From a virus: 64,000 nt of DNA. The notes below the pieces were generated by a model. It was not told the origin of the DNA. It did not search any database and worked only from the letters and a program-made list of their open reading frames with translations. Location of the stretch: positions 44,451-108,450 of the IMG/VR virus record IMGVR_UViG_2030936005_000025; one strand, written 5' to 3'. Below, one piece after another: positions 1 through 9,517 of the stretch (its first letter is position 1; every line of letters starts with the position of its first letter). Made by a program: the position numbers and the translations under genes.

Positions 1-1
1 C

Positions 2-3000
2 GTTAAGTTAGATTCAGGTCAATGGCTCTGCTACAGTGTACGTTCTGCGGATACTCAAATCCAAGTTACGTTCACGTATCAGCTCACTTACAAAGGCAAC
101 TTGCTCACCATGAAGCAAGATGTTCCGTTTGTGATTAAGCCGTTCACTGGTCAACCTACCGTTAGTGATGTTCAGGTTGTTAATGGGAAAGTATGGGATA
201 TCGGAAGTAAGATTCCGTTCACCATCAATATCAATGGCAATCCAGTACCGAGCACTTGGATCACAGCACTGACAGGAACCTCTGCCAATAACCGTGTTCA
301 AGTTACCAGTCTGGCAGAACCTTGGTATATCGTAGCGGGTAGTAAGGATGCTGCTGTTTCTGATACCGTGAGCTACGTAGCAACAGTCACCGATGGAACC
401 AATACCTGGACAGTTAAACAGGATGTGGTCTTCAACATCGCGAAATACGATGGAGTGGAACTCTCAGCCCGTATTCTGACGTCAGGTGGTGGTAACGCTG
501 AATTGCAAACGGTGTTCTATCCGTACAACGCAACCAGCATTGTGGGGATTATCTTCAATCTCTACTCTAAAGGTAGGTTGGTCGCTAATACGGGGATTGC
601 GAGTCTCAATGTAGGTAAAGGGCTCGTTGCTTCAGGAACAAGTGCATCTGGAGCCAATGCAACATGCAACATCAAAGGTAATAACACTGTTAGTGGAAAT
701 ACTGAAACGTCCATGACAGTTCAGTTGACCATTCGTGGATCCGCTGCAACAACAGAGGGTATCGACATTCTGACAGTGACCATTCCGGTGTTTATGGTTC
801 AGGGTACGGGTCAGTTGTTGGTTCACCCAAGAACAACGAAAGCCATGACAGGCAAATACGGCACGCCGGTTTCTCTTGACGCTTATCTCATTAAGTATGT
901 CAGTGAAGCAGGAAGTCGATTCGTTGATCTAACAACCGGTAACACTACTATTACGTTTGCCCCATCAGACGTTATTACCTTGGTCCCTGGTTCTATTACA
1001 GCTCAAGGCTATAAGGTCAACTTCGCATCTCGTCTGTACGCGGACACGGTGAAGGATGTCGTGGTAACGGTAACCAATGGCGGTGTTTCGAAAACTTACA
1101 CCTTGAACACAACGCAGTTGGCTTCTCCTGCTGATCAACCGGATGTGAAGGATAATAACGGTCAAACAGCAAGTGTCAACCAGTCTGGTGCAATGCCATT
1201 CAAGTTAGTTGATCCTGATACTCAGGAAGACGTAACCTCAAAAGCGACTATCTCTTCTATTGCTAGCAACGATTACATCGAGCTGGTTAACGGTAAGTGG
1301 TACGCTAAGAAGGACGTGGCAACTGACACCCACACCAACGTGACCTTTACCTTAACTTTGAATTATCGCGACAAAGATATCGGTATGGACGTTGTGGTTG
1401 ATTTCTTGATCAAACCGTTTGATGGGAAGTTTACTGTCACGGACAAGAAAGATATCACCGCTAAGGTGTGGGATAGAGGAACAGTTCCTCCATTTGGTCT
1501 CAGTGTAAACGGCAACCCAGTTCCAACTTCTTGGATTACAAGCTGGGAAACCTCGCCTACTGACACCTACGTAGCAGTTGCTGCAAATGGTTCATGGCAG
1601 GTTATTGCAGGCGATCAAACCAAAGGCGTCACTGTTACTGTTGGATATGCTGCGAACATTACTGTTCCGGGTGGGAATACCACTAAGAACGTAACGCAGG
1701 TTACTTTCAACATTAGTCAGTATGACGGTATTGAGTTCAAACTCAACCTGGCTAACCTTCAGGCAGGTAATAAAGAACTGCAAGCTATCTTCCTCACCTA
1801 TAATGCCAGCAGTACCAATGGCATTTATTTCGAAGGTCGATACCGCGGAGATCTTGTACCGAGTCCTATTGGTGTGTCGTTGAGTGGGGGTTATCTGAGA
1901 ATCGGTAACGGACCTATTAATGGTGCGTCTTCCGTTGCTTGGGCAGTTCAACCTTCCGGTGCTCCGGCTAGAGGCACAGCTGCCTGGACGGCGAGAATTA
2001 AGCGTGCAAGTAGTGCTGGTAACATTGAGAACTCAGATGTTGCTTCATTACCGATCCCAGCTTATTTCGTAGTAGGTGCTGGCGATATGTTCGTTCACAC
2101 TGGTACAACAAAAACAGCTTCGGGCAAGAAAGGTGATCAACTTGATCTTGTACTGAATATGTTCCGTTATTCCGGTACGCCGACGACCACAACCCTGACA
2201 GATTTGACCGCTGGCAGTACAACAGTTGAGTTCTCCCCTGCAAATGTGATTGAACTGGTTCCTGGTTCTATTACAGCGCATGGGTATAAGGTGCGTTTCA
2301 TCAACACCCTGTATCAAGACACAAATACCCAAGTTACCGCTACTGTGAAAACAGCATCAGGTAATGTAAGTTATGTGATTGATGTGACTCAGTTGGCTTC
2401 TCCTGCTGCACAGCCTGATGTGGTTGGTAATAACACACAGACTGCTGGCATCAACCAGACTGGCACCATGCCGTTTAAACTGGTAGATCCAGACACCCAA
2501 GAAGACGTCACTTCTGCCGCCACCGTTACTTCTGTCGACAGTAATCCTTATGTCGAGTGGGTTGACGGTAAATGGCGAGTGAAATCAGATGTTTCAGCGG
2601 ATACCCATTCCGATGTAACATTTAATCTGACGATCACTTACCGCGGCATCACCAGTGACATGCATGTTACCACGGACTTCCTGATTAAACCATTCGACGG
2701 TGTATTCACGTTTGGTAATGTCGAGCCGATCTCTGGTAACGTGTGGGATCGTGGTACTGCTATTGACATGGGTATTAAAGTCAACGGCAACGCGATCCCG
2801 GTAGATTGGATCACAGGTTATCTGGCGACTCCAGAAAGCAACTACGTTACTGTTGGAGCTAACGGTGTATGGCAGATTGTTGCGGGCAGTAAAGACGAAG
2901 CAATCACCGAAACTGTAGGTTACACAGCGACTGTTGCTGTTCCAGGAACCACCTCTTATCCAGCCACTGTTCAAGTGACATACAACATCGGTAAGTACGA

Positions 3001-4099
3001 TGGGGTTGAATTCAAACTTCGACTCACTAATCTGAACGCGGATGATGTGTTGTTTGGTCAGGCAGGATTGGCGGCTCGTGGTTATCTGGAAGGCAGGTAT
3101 CGTAATGATCTGATTGGTGGAACTTCAGGATATGGATGGACAGTAATCACTCGCGTGAACTTACATCCGACGACGCCGATTTCAGGTGTTAACCTCAGTG
3201 GGTCTTCTAAGATCTATGACTTTAATACTGTTGACGCGCCGGCTGCTCGGGCACAGAACGTGGTTCGTTTCGTTCGCCCTGGTGGTAAAGATCCTAAGAC
3301 TGATAACACTGCTGTTAAAGATGTTGACTACGTTGATATGGTTATTCCGATCACCACCTGGAAATCCGACACACTCGTAGCTGGTCAGACCCCAGATAAG
3401 TTTGAAGGTAAACTGGGTGATGTACTGGATGTGAGAGCCAACGCTTACTACAGTAGCACCAGACTCAGTCTTGACTCCAGTGTACTTCAAATCACGCCTG
3501 ACGCCTCCCTGGGTATTGAGATCGTTCCTGACTCTATCACCGCGGATGGTTTCAAAGTGAGATTCGTTGCTGACGTAACAGAACAGACAACTGTCGCATC
3601 TGTTATCACGTACAAGTACACGAATGGATCTACTACTGGAACGGCTACCCCAGCGTTTACAGTGGTTCAGAATCCAGGAGATGTCAGTCCTGATGTTAAC
3701 GCCACCGGCACCATGGCACCTATGAAATACGGCGAGACTGGTAACATCGTCTTGACGGGCACTGTAGGTTCTGATGCACTGGCTGGTAAAGTCACCTTCG
3801 TTCCTGAAAGCAGTGACAATAAGGGACTGGTCACGTTCGGTGATCCTGTTAACAATGAAGACGGTACAGTTTCTATTCCTGTTACCGCTGACAAAGTTGG
3901 TAAAGATAACCTGACTATCCATATTACGGTAAATGGTGCAACCGGAAATGTCTCTGGCAAGGATTATTTGGATGTCATCGTCGCAGCTGAAGTTACCTAT
4001 GGTGATCTCGGTGAAGGTGATGGCTTTGAAACCAATGCCACAGGCACGAGCGGTGAACCTGTAACTGTTATTCAATGGACGTACATGCCAGAAGAGTAA
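2..4099 (+). CDS. Giant Ig-like repeat virion fibre/decoration protein (5'-truncated by window)
   Basis: Frame is open from base 2 (VKLDSGQW...), so the 101 start is not real. T/V/G/N/S-rich beta protein with an internal repeat of about 425 aa (1275 bp; e.g. cagttggcttctcctgctg at ~1115 and ~2390, xFxIKPFxG three times). Confidence 0.75.
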   Translation, partial: VKLDSGQWLCYSVRSADTQIQVTFTYQLTYKGNLLTMKQDVPFVIKPFTGQPTVSDVQVVNGKVWDIGSKIPFTININGNPVPSTWITALTGTSANNRVQVTSLAEPWYIVAGSKDAAVSDTVSYVATVTDGTNTWTVKQDVVFNIAKYDGVELSARILTSGGGNAELQTVFYPYNATSIVGIIFNLYSKGRLVANTGIASLNVGKGLVASGTSASGANATCNIKGNNTVSGNTETSMTVQLTIRGSAATTEGIDILTVTIPVFMVQGTGQLLVHPRTTKAMTGKYGTPVSLDAYLIKYVSEAGSRFVDLTTGNTTITFAPSDVITLVPGSITAQGYKVNFASRLYADTVKDVVVTVTNGGVSKTYTLNTTQLASPADQPDVKDNNGQTASVNQSGAMPFKLVDPDTQEDVTSKATISSIASNDYIELVNGKWYAKKDVATDTHTNVTFTLTLNYRDKDIGMDVVVDFLIKPFDGKFTVTDKKDITAKVWDRGTVPPFGLSVNGNPVPTSWITSWETSPTDTYVAVAANGSWQVIAGDQTKGVTVTVGYAANITVPGGNTTKNVTQVTFNISQYDGIEFKLNLANLQAGNKELQAIFLTYNASSTNGIYFEGRYRGDLVPSPIGVSLSGGYLRIGNGPINGASSVAWAVQPSGAPARGTAAWTARIKRASSAGNIENSDVASLPIPAYFVVGAGDMFVHTGTTKTASGKKGDQLDLVLNMFRYSGTPTTTTLTDLTAGSTTVEFSPANVIELVPGSITAHGYKVRFINTLYQDTNTQVTATVKTASGNVSYVIDVTQLASPAAQPDVVGNNTQTAGINQTGTMPFKLVDPDTQEDVTSAATVTSVDSNPYVEWVDGKWRVKSDVSADTHSDVTFNLTITYRGITSDMHVTTDFLIKPFDGVFTFGNVEPISGNVWDRGTAIDMGIKVNGNAIPVDWITGYLATPESNYVTVGANGVWQIVAGSKDEAITETVGYTATVAVPGTTSYPATVQVTYNIGKYDGVEFKLRLTNLNADDVLFGQAGLAARGYLEGRYRNDLIGGTSGYGWTVITRVNLHPTTPISGVNLSGSSKIYDFNTVDAPAARAQNVVRFVRPGGKDPKTDNTAVKDVDYVDMVIPITTWKSDTLVAGQTPDKFEGKLGDVLDVRANAYYSSTRLSLDSSVLQITPDASLGIEIVPDSITADGFKVRFVADVTEQTTVASVITYKYTNGSTTGTATPAFTVVQNPGDVSPDVNATGTMAPMKYGETGNIVLTGTVGSDALAGKVTFVPESSDNKGLVTFGDPVNNEDGTVSIPVTADKVGKDNLTIHITVNGATGNVSGKDYLDVIVAAEVTYGDLGEGDGFETNATGTSGEPVTVIQWTYMPEE

Positions 4100-4131
4100 T
4101 AGATCGTATCCCTTAATAAAGGACTTTATGA

Positions 4132-5703
4132 ATGACCACCGCTAACCAAGTGTTAAGCGTTAACGGTCAGAAGTTAAGTAATAAGGATCCTGATTTGACA
4201 ATCACTCTGGACGATCATCCGGTCGTCCAGATTTCTTCTATTCAAGAGGAGTCCATTACGTACTCCTTCTTGACGAATGTCGAAGCAGAAATCTCTTACA
4301 ACCTTAACCTGACATTTACGTACAAGAACAAATATCGCCTTGTTGTTCCGATGACCTTTGTTCACAAAGTGTTCACGGAGAACTTCGTGATTGCACCTGA
4401 GTTGTCAGAACTCTCGACAACCACTGATCATGACTTCACCCTTCTGTTTGATGCAACGCTAAACGGAACTGGGAATGCTCGTGACATCTCACTGGACACC
4501 GCTAACTCGACATTGAGTGCAGGCATCAGTGTGGTTTCTCAAGCAGCACAGAGTGACACGCAATACCAGGTTGTCCTGAATGCGCAGTCACCGGTTGAAG
4601 CCGATAACACCTTCTTGTTCTTAAGAGAAGGGAAAACCGCCGATGGTAAAGAAGGCAGTGACTTTGCGAAAGCTGTGATTAAACTGGATATCAAGAATGG
4701 TATCAACACAGCCACGTGGGATCCTAACTTCAAAGCCGTGGGTGCAGATCGAAACTACATCCCAATTACCGTTGTTGATAAAGACGGTAATCCGCTGGAA
4801 GGTGTCACCATTTCTTCACTGAACATTACTGCTAATCCGCGTAATGGGGTGTTGAATGGATACAGTAACACGCTCTTAGCAGGGGATGACGGTCAACCGG
4901 GTAGTTACAAAATCCGTGTTGATTTGGATCATTTGCCAGGAACAATTACTGTTAAGTTGGCACTCTCCTTTAACGGGACTACTTTCACTATTCCTGATGA
5001 AGTCTTTACGGTCCCAGCCGGTCCTTATACCGTGACCGTGGATCCAGCTTCTGTTGTTCAAGATCAAACGGTTGATCTGAGTCTGAACATTATTCAAGCA
5101 CGTTATGGTGACAGTAACCACAAGTTCACTGGTCGCATTACTGCAATTGAATCAACTGAAGATTCGATTACTGTTAACACTCCAACGCCTATCACGATTA
5201 CCGATGGTGTGGCTTCTATTAATGTCACCGGTAAGAATCCTGCTGAAAGTACCATTGCGGCCACTGCACAGGAATATGATAGCAATATGGATGTGTGGCG
5301 TGAAGCCGGTGAAATTCACATTTATGTGAAGACTATCGCTGCGCCTGATGTTGAACCAGAAATCCAAGATGGCACCACAGACATGACTCTGAATCTGTGG
5401 GATACACAAGCTATCAATTATAAAGTAATGGCAGGTGAAACGGATATCACGTCTAGCGTTACGAATGTCACGGATCAAACTGATCCTAACGACGCGATCG
5501 AGCTGGTTAAAGTCGACGATACCCACTGGGGCTTCCAAGCCGTTAAAGCACGCACTGATGAGGATCTGGTTATCGATGCTATGGTAGATGTTCACGTTAT
5601 GTATCAAGGTACCGAGCGTGTCATCCCAATGACTATCGATGTGGTAGTGAAAGCCAATACTACTGGCATTCCTGAAAACCGCTTCAACGTCGAAATGCTT
5701 TAA
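4132..5703 (+). CDS. Ig-like repeat virion structural protein (fibre adaptor candidate)
   Basis: 523 aa, acidic and beta-rich, SD-like aaagga upstream. Last domain is homologous to the last domain of 5755-6999; ends IPENRFNVEML. Confidence 0.7.
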   Translation: MTTANQVLSVNGQKLSNKDPDLTITLDDHPVVQISSIQEESITYSFLTNVEAEISYNLNLTFTYKNKYRLVVPMTFVHKVFTENFVIAPELSELSTTTDHDFTLLFDATLNGTGNARDISLDTANSTLSAGISVVSQAAQSDTQYQVVLNAQSPVEADNTFLFLREGKTADGKEGSDFAKAVIKLDIKNGINTATWDPNFKAVGADRNYIPITVVDKDGNPLEGVTISSLNITANPRNGVLNGYSNTLLAGDDGQPGSYKIRVDLDHLPGTITVKLALSFNGTTFTIPDEVFTVPAGPYTVTVDPASVVQDQTVDLSLNIIQARYGDSNHKFTGRITAIESTEDSITVNTPTPITITDGVASINVTGKNPAESTIAATAQEYDSNMDVWREAGEIHIYVKTIAAPDVEPEIQDGTTDMTLNLWDTQAINYKVMAGETDITSSVTNVTDQTDPNDAIELVKVDDTHWGFQAVKARTDEDLVIDAMVDVHVMYQGTERVIPMTIDVVVKANTTGIPENRFNVEML

Positions 5704-5712
5704 TTTTAAATA

Positions 5713-5740
5713 GAACCTCTTCGGGGGTTCATTCTTTATT
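5713..5740 (+). terminator. UUCG hairpin / possible intrinsic terminator
   Basis: gaacctc-ttcg-ggggttc followed by attctttatt. Confidence 0.55.
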
Positions 5741-5754
5741 ACATAGAGGTAAAA

Positions 5755-6999
5755 ATGGATAAGCAACTTACATTGCTTGAAGGTCAGAGTGGTAGCATCA
5801 AAGTCAAACCTACTTTCGAAGGCAAGGCAGCTGCAGATAAGGTTGAACTGTCGCAGTCACTGAGTAACGCGGATATTCTCCAACTGACCTCGGCACCTGT
5901 TGCCAGTGAGAACAACACTGTTGCTACTGTCGCCGTCAAAGTGGGTGCGATTGCTGATCTGACCGGTAACCTGGTGTTTAAATACACCGGCAATGAATCT
6001 GAAGTCGAAAACATCGGCATCAGTACCAAAGAGATCGGCATTAAAGTTAATGCTGCTCAACTGGCGACCCAAGAAGCTCCCTCACCAACCAAGTTCAAGT
6101 ACACGCCGGGTGCCCAGCTTGTTATCAACGTTCTGTATAAGAATGGCGATGAGAATCTGGAAAACACCGATCCACATCTGAATCTGTCTGTGGGTGACTC
6201 TGTGTTGGAACTGGTGAGTCGTGATGCGACTGGCGTGACTTTGAAAATCAAAGACGACGCTGATCCAGCCACTGCTCCAGGTGTTCTGCAACTTCTGGCA
6301 ACTTACTACTCCGGTAGTTCAAGCACTGACTTGACTCTGGTTGCTAAACCAAACCTGACTATCGAGACCACTCCACTGAGTCTGACCAATGGTGAAAACC
6401 ATGCGTTCCCAGTTGTGGTTAAGAAGGGTGATGACGATATTACTTCTTCTATCACCAACATTCAGGCCACCGCGGATGAATACTTCACTGTTGATGCCAA
6501 CGGTAACATCACTGTTATCAAAGCAGATACCGCTGAAGTTCAACGTACCATCCACTACACCTTCGACTACACCGAAGATGGTCTGACCTGGACCTACACT
6601 GCTGACGTTACTGCGACTATCGCAGCGACCGAAACTCCTGACCAGTTCTCGCTGACCGATGTGTCAACGCCACTGACGATGGATCTGTGGGCTAAACAGA
6701 CCCTGAGCTACAAAGTGATGGACGGCGAAACTGATGTTACTTCAAGCGTGACCTCTGTGACTGTTAGCAATGCTGACGCGATCAAAGACAAGTTCGAAGT
6801 TACTCAGGACGGCGTTACCACGACCTTCCAGTCTGTTAGTTCTAGCAGCACTGAGCAGGTTACCGCGACAGCTAACGTTGTTATCGCTGGTACCTACAAC
6901 GGTCAAGAGTTCAGCCTCCCTGCTGACATCAATCTGGTTACTAACGTTAACGACGGTAGCATCCCTACCAACCGTTTCGACGTTCAGATGGATCAGTAA
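5755..6999 (+). CDS. Ig-like repeat virion structural protein (major fibre subunit candidate)
   Basis: 414 aa with about four beta domains, SD agaggt, codon usage typical of high expression (ctg/act/gct/aac). Ends IPTNRFDVQMDQ. Confidence 0.7.
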   Translation: MDKQLTLLEGQSGSIKVKPTFEGKAAADKVELSQSLSNADILQLTSAPVASENNTVATVAVKVGAIADLTGNLVFKYTGNESEVENIGISTKEIGIKVNAAQLATQEAPSPTKFKYTPGAQLVINVLYKNGDENLENTDPHLNLSVGDSVLELVSRDATGVTLKIKDDADPATAPGVLQLLATYYSGSSSTDLTLVAKPNLTIETTPLSLTNGENHAFPVVVKKGDDDITSSITNIQATADEYFTVDANGNITVIKADTAEVQRTIHYTFDYTEDGLTWTYTADVTATIAATETPDQFSLTDVSTPLTMDLWAKQTLSYKVMDGETDVTSSVTSVTVSNADAIKDKFEVTQDGVTTTFQSVSSSSTEQVTATANVVIAGTYNGQEFSLPADINLVTNVNDGSIPTNRFDVQMDQ

Positions 7000-7009
7000 T
7001 TTAACGAGC

Positions 7010-7042
7010 GAGAGGGTTCCGAAAGGAGCCTTCTCCTCTTTA
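7010..7042 (+). terminator. GAAA hairpin / partial terminator
   Basis: gagagggttcc-gaaa-ggagccttctc followed by ctcttt. Confidence 0.55.
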
Positions 7043-7057
7043 ACATAAGGAGGTAAT

Positions 7058-7948
7058 GTGAACGCTAAAGTCAATATTCTAGAAGGACAGACCGGACATG
7101 TAAAAGTGACCCCTACGTTTGAAGGAAAGTCTGCACTTGGTAAAGTAGAAATTGATTGGAGTAACACAGATATGCGAGGGATGGTGATATTGAATAAATC
7201 AATGTTGCCGATAGACAATGCCAATGCGTATTTGGTCTTGACTGCATTAGCTACTTCTCAAGGCACGGGAAAGGTGGTGTTTAAGTACGTGGGAAGTAAA
7301 TCAGATGTAGAGAATGTAGGGACCGCCACTAAGACGGTTGACATTACGGTTTCTCCTGCGGTATTAAATGTAGTGAGTGTTTCTCCTACTTATATTAAAT
7401 GGATTCCAGGACAGGAAACCGATATAGCAATAACCTGGGTTAATGGAACGCAACCTGTATTAGCAACTAACCCATTACTCGACCTATCCACAACCGGAGA
7501 CAACATTACGATTGTTTCCCGTAGTGAAACAGGAATAAGAGTGAAGGTTAATAGTAATGCTAATGCAACGGCACTTCCGTTAAAAGAACAAGTCATTGTG
7601 GCCAAGTATTATTCTGGTCAGGCAAAGACGGTTTTGAACTACGCATTGAAACCTGCTTTAACCATTACGTTGAATGGAACCATTAACTTGAAAGGTGTGG
7701 GTGCTAAGAGCCCGTTCCCGTTTAAGATTATGGACGGAACCAAAGACGTTACCAAGCTTGTTAAAAATATCAAAGCCTCTGACAGTTATCTTAAGTTTAA
7801 TGATGATGGGAGTTTCGTTGTCATTAAGGTGGATCTATTGGCTGTGGTCAGAACGGTGACTTACACGTTCGATTACGAAGTGAATGGATTAGTGTGGAGC
7901 TATACCACCAAAGCAACTGTTACTATAGGCAACCTCATTAATCTTTGA
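7058..7948 (+). CDS. Ig-like structural protein, truncated paralog of 5755-6999
   Basis: GTG start with SD aggagg. Aligns by eye with the first ~290 aa of 5755-6999 (LEGQxGxxKVxPTFEGK, VFKY, YYSG, YTFDY...GLxWxYT) and lacks its last domain. Confidence 0.7.
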   Translation: MNAKVNILEGQTGHVKVTPTFEGKSALGKVEIDWSNTDMRGMVILNKSMLPIDNANAYLVLTALATSQGTGKVVFKYVGSKSDVENVGTATKTVDITVSPAVLNVVSVSPTYIKWIPGQETDIAITWVNGTQPVLATNPLLDLSTTGDNITIVSRSETGIRVKVNSNANATALPLKEQVIVAKYYSGQAKTVLNYALKPALTITLNGTINLKGVGAKSPFPFKIMDGTKDVTKLVKNIKASDSYLKFNDDGSFVVIKVDLLAVVRTVTYTFDYEVNGLVWSYTTKATVTIGNLINL

Positions 7949-7999
7949 TTGGTGATTGTTTACGGGTTCTGATAGTCACGATCAGGTAATCCCTTTAAA

Positions 8000-8051
8000 C
8001 AAAAAAAATAAAGACTAAACTAGAGAACCTACCCATTGGGTAGGTTCTCTA
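8000..8051. terminator. Terminator at convergent junction
   Basis: 14-bp stem tagagaacctaccc-att-gggtaggttctcta with a CA8TAAAG tract (U-tract on the - strand). Confidence 0.75.
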
Positions 8052-8061
8052 TTATGTTTGT

Positions 8062-8580
8062 TTAATCGAACTTGTAGTACGGTGAGGATAGAGATTCTTT
8101 CGAACCTATTATGAAGTTATAACACTCGGTGCTTTTGTTAAACTTCAATGCAATAGGAAGAATCGGTTTCGCCACTCGGGTATCGACATACGTCAACAAT
8201 TCCCCTTTGAAGGTTTCGACTTTATATCGACCCTCATCACCTGACACATGCTCTTTAGGATGGTCGTACCATTTAGGATACGTGTCCTCCAGTAGCAACT
8301 CACATCCAGATAACGAATCGATGTCGTCCAGAAGTTCGCGCGCTTCGAGCATGTTCATCCCCATATCACAACCAGAGACTTTCAGATATGGATCACCTTT
8401 CTCTGGCGTAACTCGATAGATGAAAGGGTCTTTACTGAAAGACAATGGCTTAACGTCTGGGCTGTGGATCGCTTCAACCAACCAGATTGACAAAGCCGTC
8501 AGATAGAACTTATCCAGACTACGTGTTTGAAGTGGACCACCGATCTGAATTTCAAACAGAGTAATAACTTTAATTCCCAC
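8062..8580 (-). CDS. Hypothetical protein, tandem paralog family A
   Basis: SD aggag. Shares a hydrophobic helix and LPxALxx...YKF motifs with 9514-9996. Confidence 0.7.
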   Translation of the reverse strand: MGIKVITLFEIQIGGPLQTRSLDKFYLTALSIWLVEAIHSPDVKPLSFSKDPFIYRVTPEKGDPYLKVSGCDMGMNMLEARELLDDIDSLSGCELLLEDTYPKWYDHPKEHVSGDEGRYKVETFKGELLTYVDTRVAKPILPIALKFNKSTECYNFIIGSKESLSSPYYKFD

Positions 8581-8589
8581 AACTGCTCC

Positions 8590-8937
8590 TTATTGGGTGA
8601 TCTCGCCACCATTCAAATAACGTTCTCCCACAGACGTTCCCCAGTCATTACTACAATGGGTAAATCCGTTGGCTGTTTGACATTCCAGATAAACCATACG
8701 ACCTATCTGAACATCACCGATAATCTTCCCTGCATGGCGTGTGCCGTTTGTTTCGACCACACCAAGGCAAGTAGACGAGACTCGAGTCGCGCTGCTGTAG
8801 CACGATTCTAGCGCCGCAATTTTGCCTTTAACGAAATGCTGACCAGTCGTGTTCTCAGCCATGGCATGAGGAGTATCCATCATTACGCCCATACCGATCA
8901 TGCCCAAAGCCACAATAAGAACAACTGCACGTTTCAT
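8590..8937 (-). CDS. Small exported Cys-containing protein
   Basis: N-terminal signal-like peptide (MKRAVVLIVALGMIGMGV...AMA) and four Cys in two pairs. Confidence 0.65.
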   Translation of the reverse strand: MKRAVVLIVALGMIGMGVMMDTPHAMAENTTGQHFVKGKIAALESCYSSATRVSSTCLGVVETNGTRHAGKIIGDVQIGRMVYLECQTANGFTHCSNDWGTSVGERYLNGGEITQ

Positions 8938-8968
8938 TTTCTTTCCTCTGTAGGAGAACTGCGATTAA

Positions 8969-9517
8969 TTAAATAGCTTGTTGAATTTTGTCGAACTCAT
9001 AAACCCATGACGGGTCTTGGAATCCTTTCGACGGTGTTCCAATCGCGCCAAAGTAAACGGGAGCTTGTTCACTTGGAATCATGGCAATATCCCAGGCGAT
9101 CTCACGATGATCGGGGATCCCCACAACCCACATACCGTCTTTGGTTTGAGTCAAGGTTCCGGATCGGACAACACCTTCACCTTTAGGATCCAACGTCTTG
9201 ATAGGAGGATGAATACTCTTACCATAGATGTTGATTTCAGTAAGAAGTTCTTCCACTTCGTCACGACTCAGATCAATCAGGGCGTTACACTCCACCGATG
9301 ACTTTGTCGTAAAGACACATTTCTCTTCGCCATTAACTTCTCTTAATTCAACACCAACTAAATCGCAATAGTCGTTAAAATAGAGAGTCTTTGGCTTATG
9401 ACCTAAAAGGTAACAAGCAAGGAAGATAGATAATAACGTTAACTGCTCGTCATTAAGATTTGCACGATAGTTACTTGTCTCTAACACATGAAGAGTTCTG
9501 GTCCAAATGGTATTCAT
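8969..9517 (-). CDS. Hypothetical protein, tandem paralog family A
   Basis: EQLTLLSIFLACYLLGHKPKTLYFN resembles EQLIAFIIWSVLAYHEKPPSLVFN of the neighbouring gene. Confidence 0.7.
   Translation of the reverse strand: MNTIWTRTLHVLETSNYRANLNDEQLTLLSIFLACYLLGHKPKTLYFNDYCDLVGVELREVNGEEKCVFTTKSSVECNALIDLSRDEVEELLTEINIYGKSIHPPIKTLDPKGEGVVRSGTLTQTKDGMWVVGIPDHREIAWDIAMIPSEQAPVYFGAIGTPSKGFQDPSWVYEFDKIQQAI

Noticed and set aside
3182..4075. 297-aa antisense ORF and many other shadow ORFs (e.g. 5152-5766, 47317-47877, 63351-63905)
   Set aside because: They lie opposite long real genes with biased codons and show no convincing SD or motif.
5695..5757. T4 gene 60-style ribosomal bypass or readthrough fusing 4132-5703 to 5755-6999 (same frame, matched ATG codons 60 nt apart, UUCG hairpin)
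   Set aside because: There are two in-frame stops, the take-off codon is not adjacent to the stop, the downstream gene has a good SD, and the other junctions in the cluster change frame. Independent translation is simpler.
7955..8000. Small structured RNA after 7058-7948 (ctgat...atcag stem)
   Set aside because: Short, imperfect pairing that could arise by chance next to a terminator.
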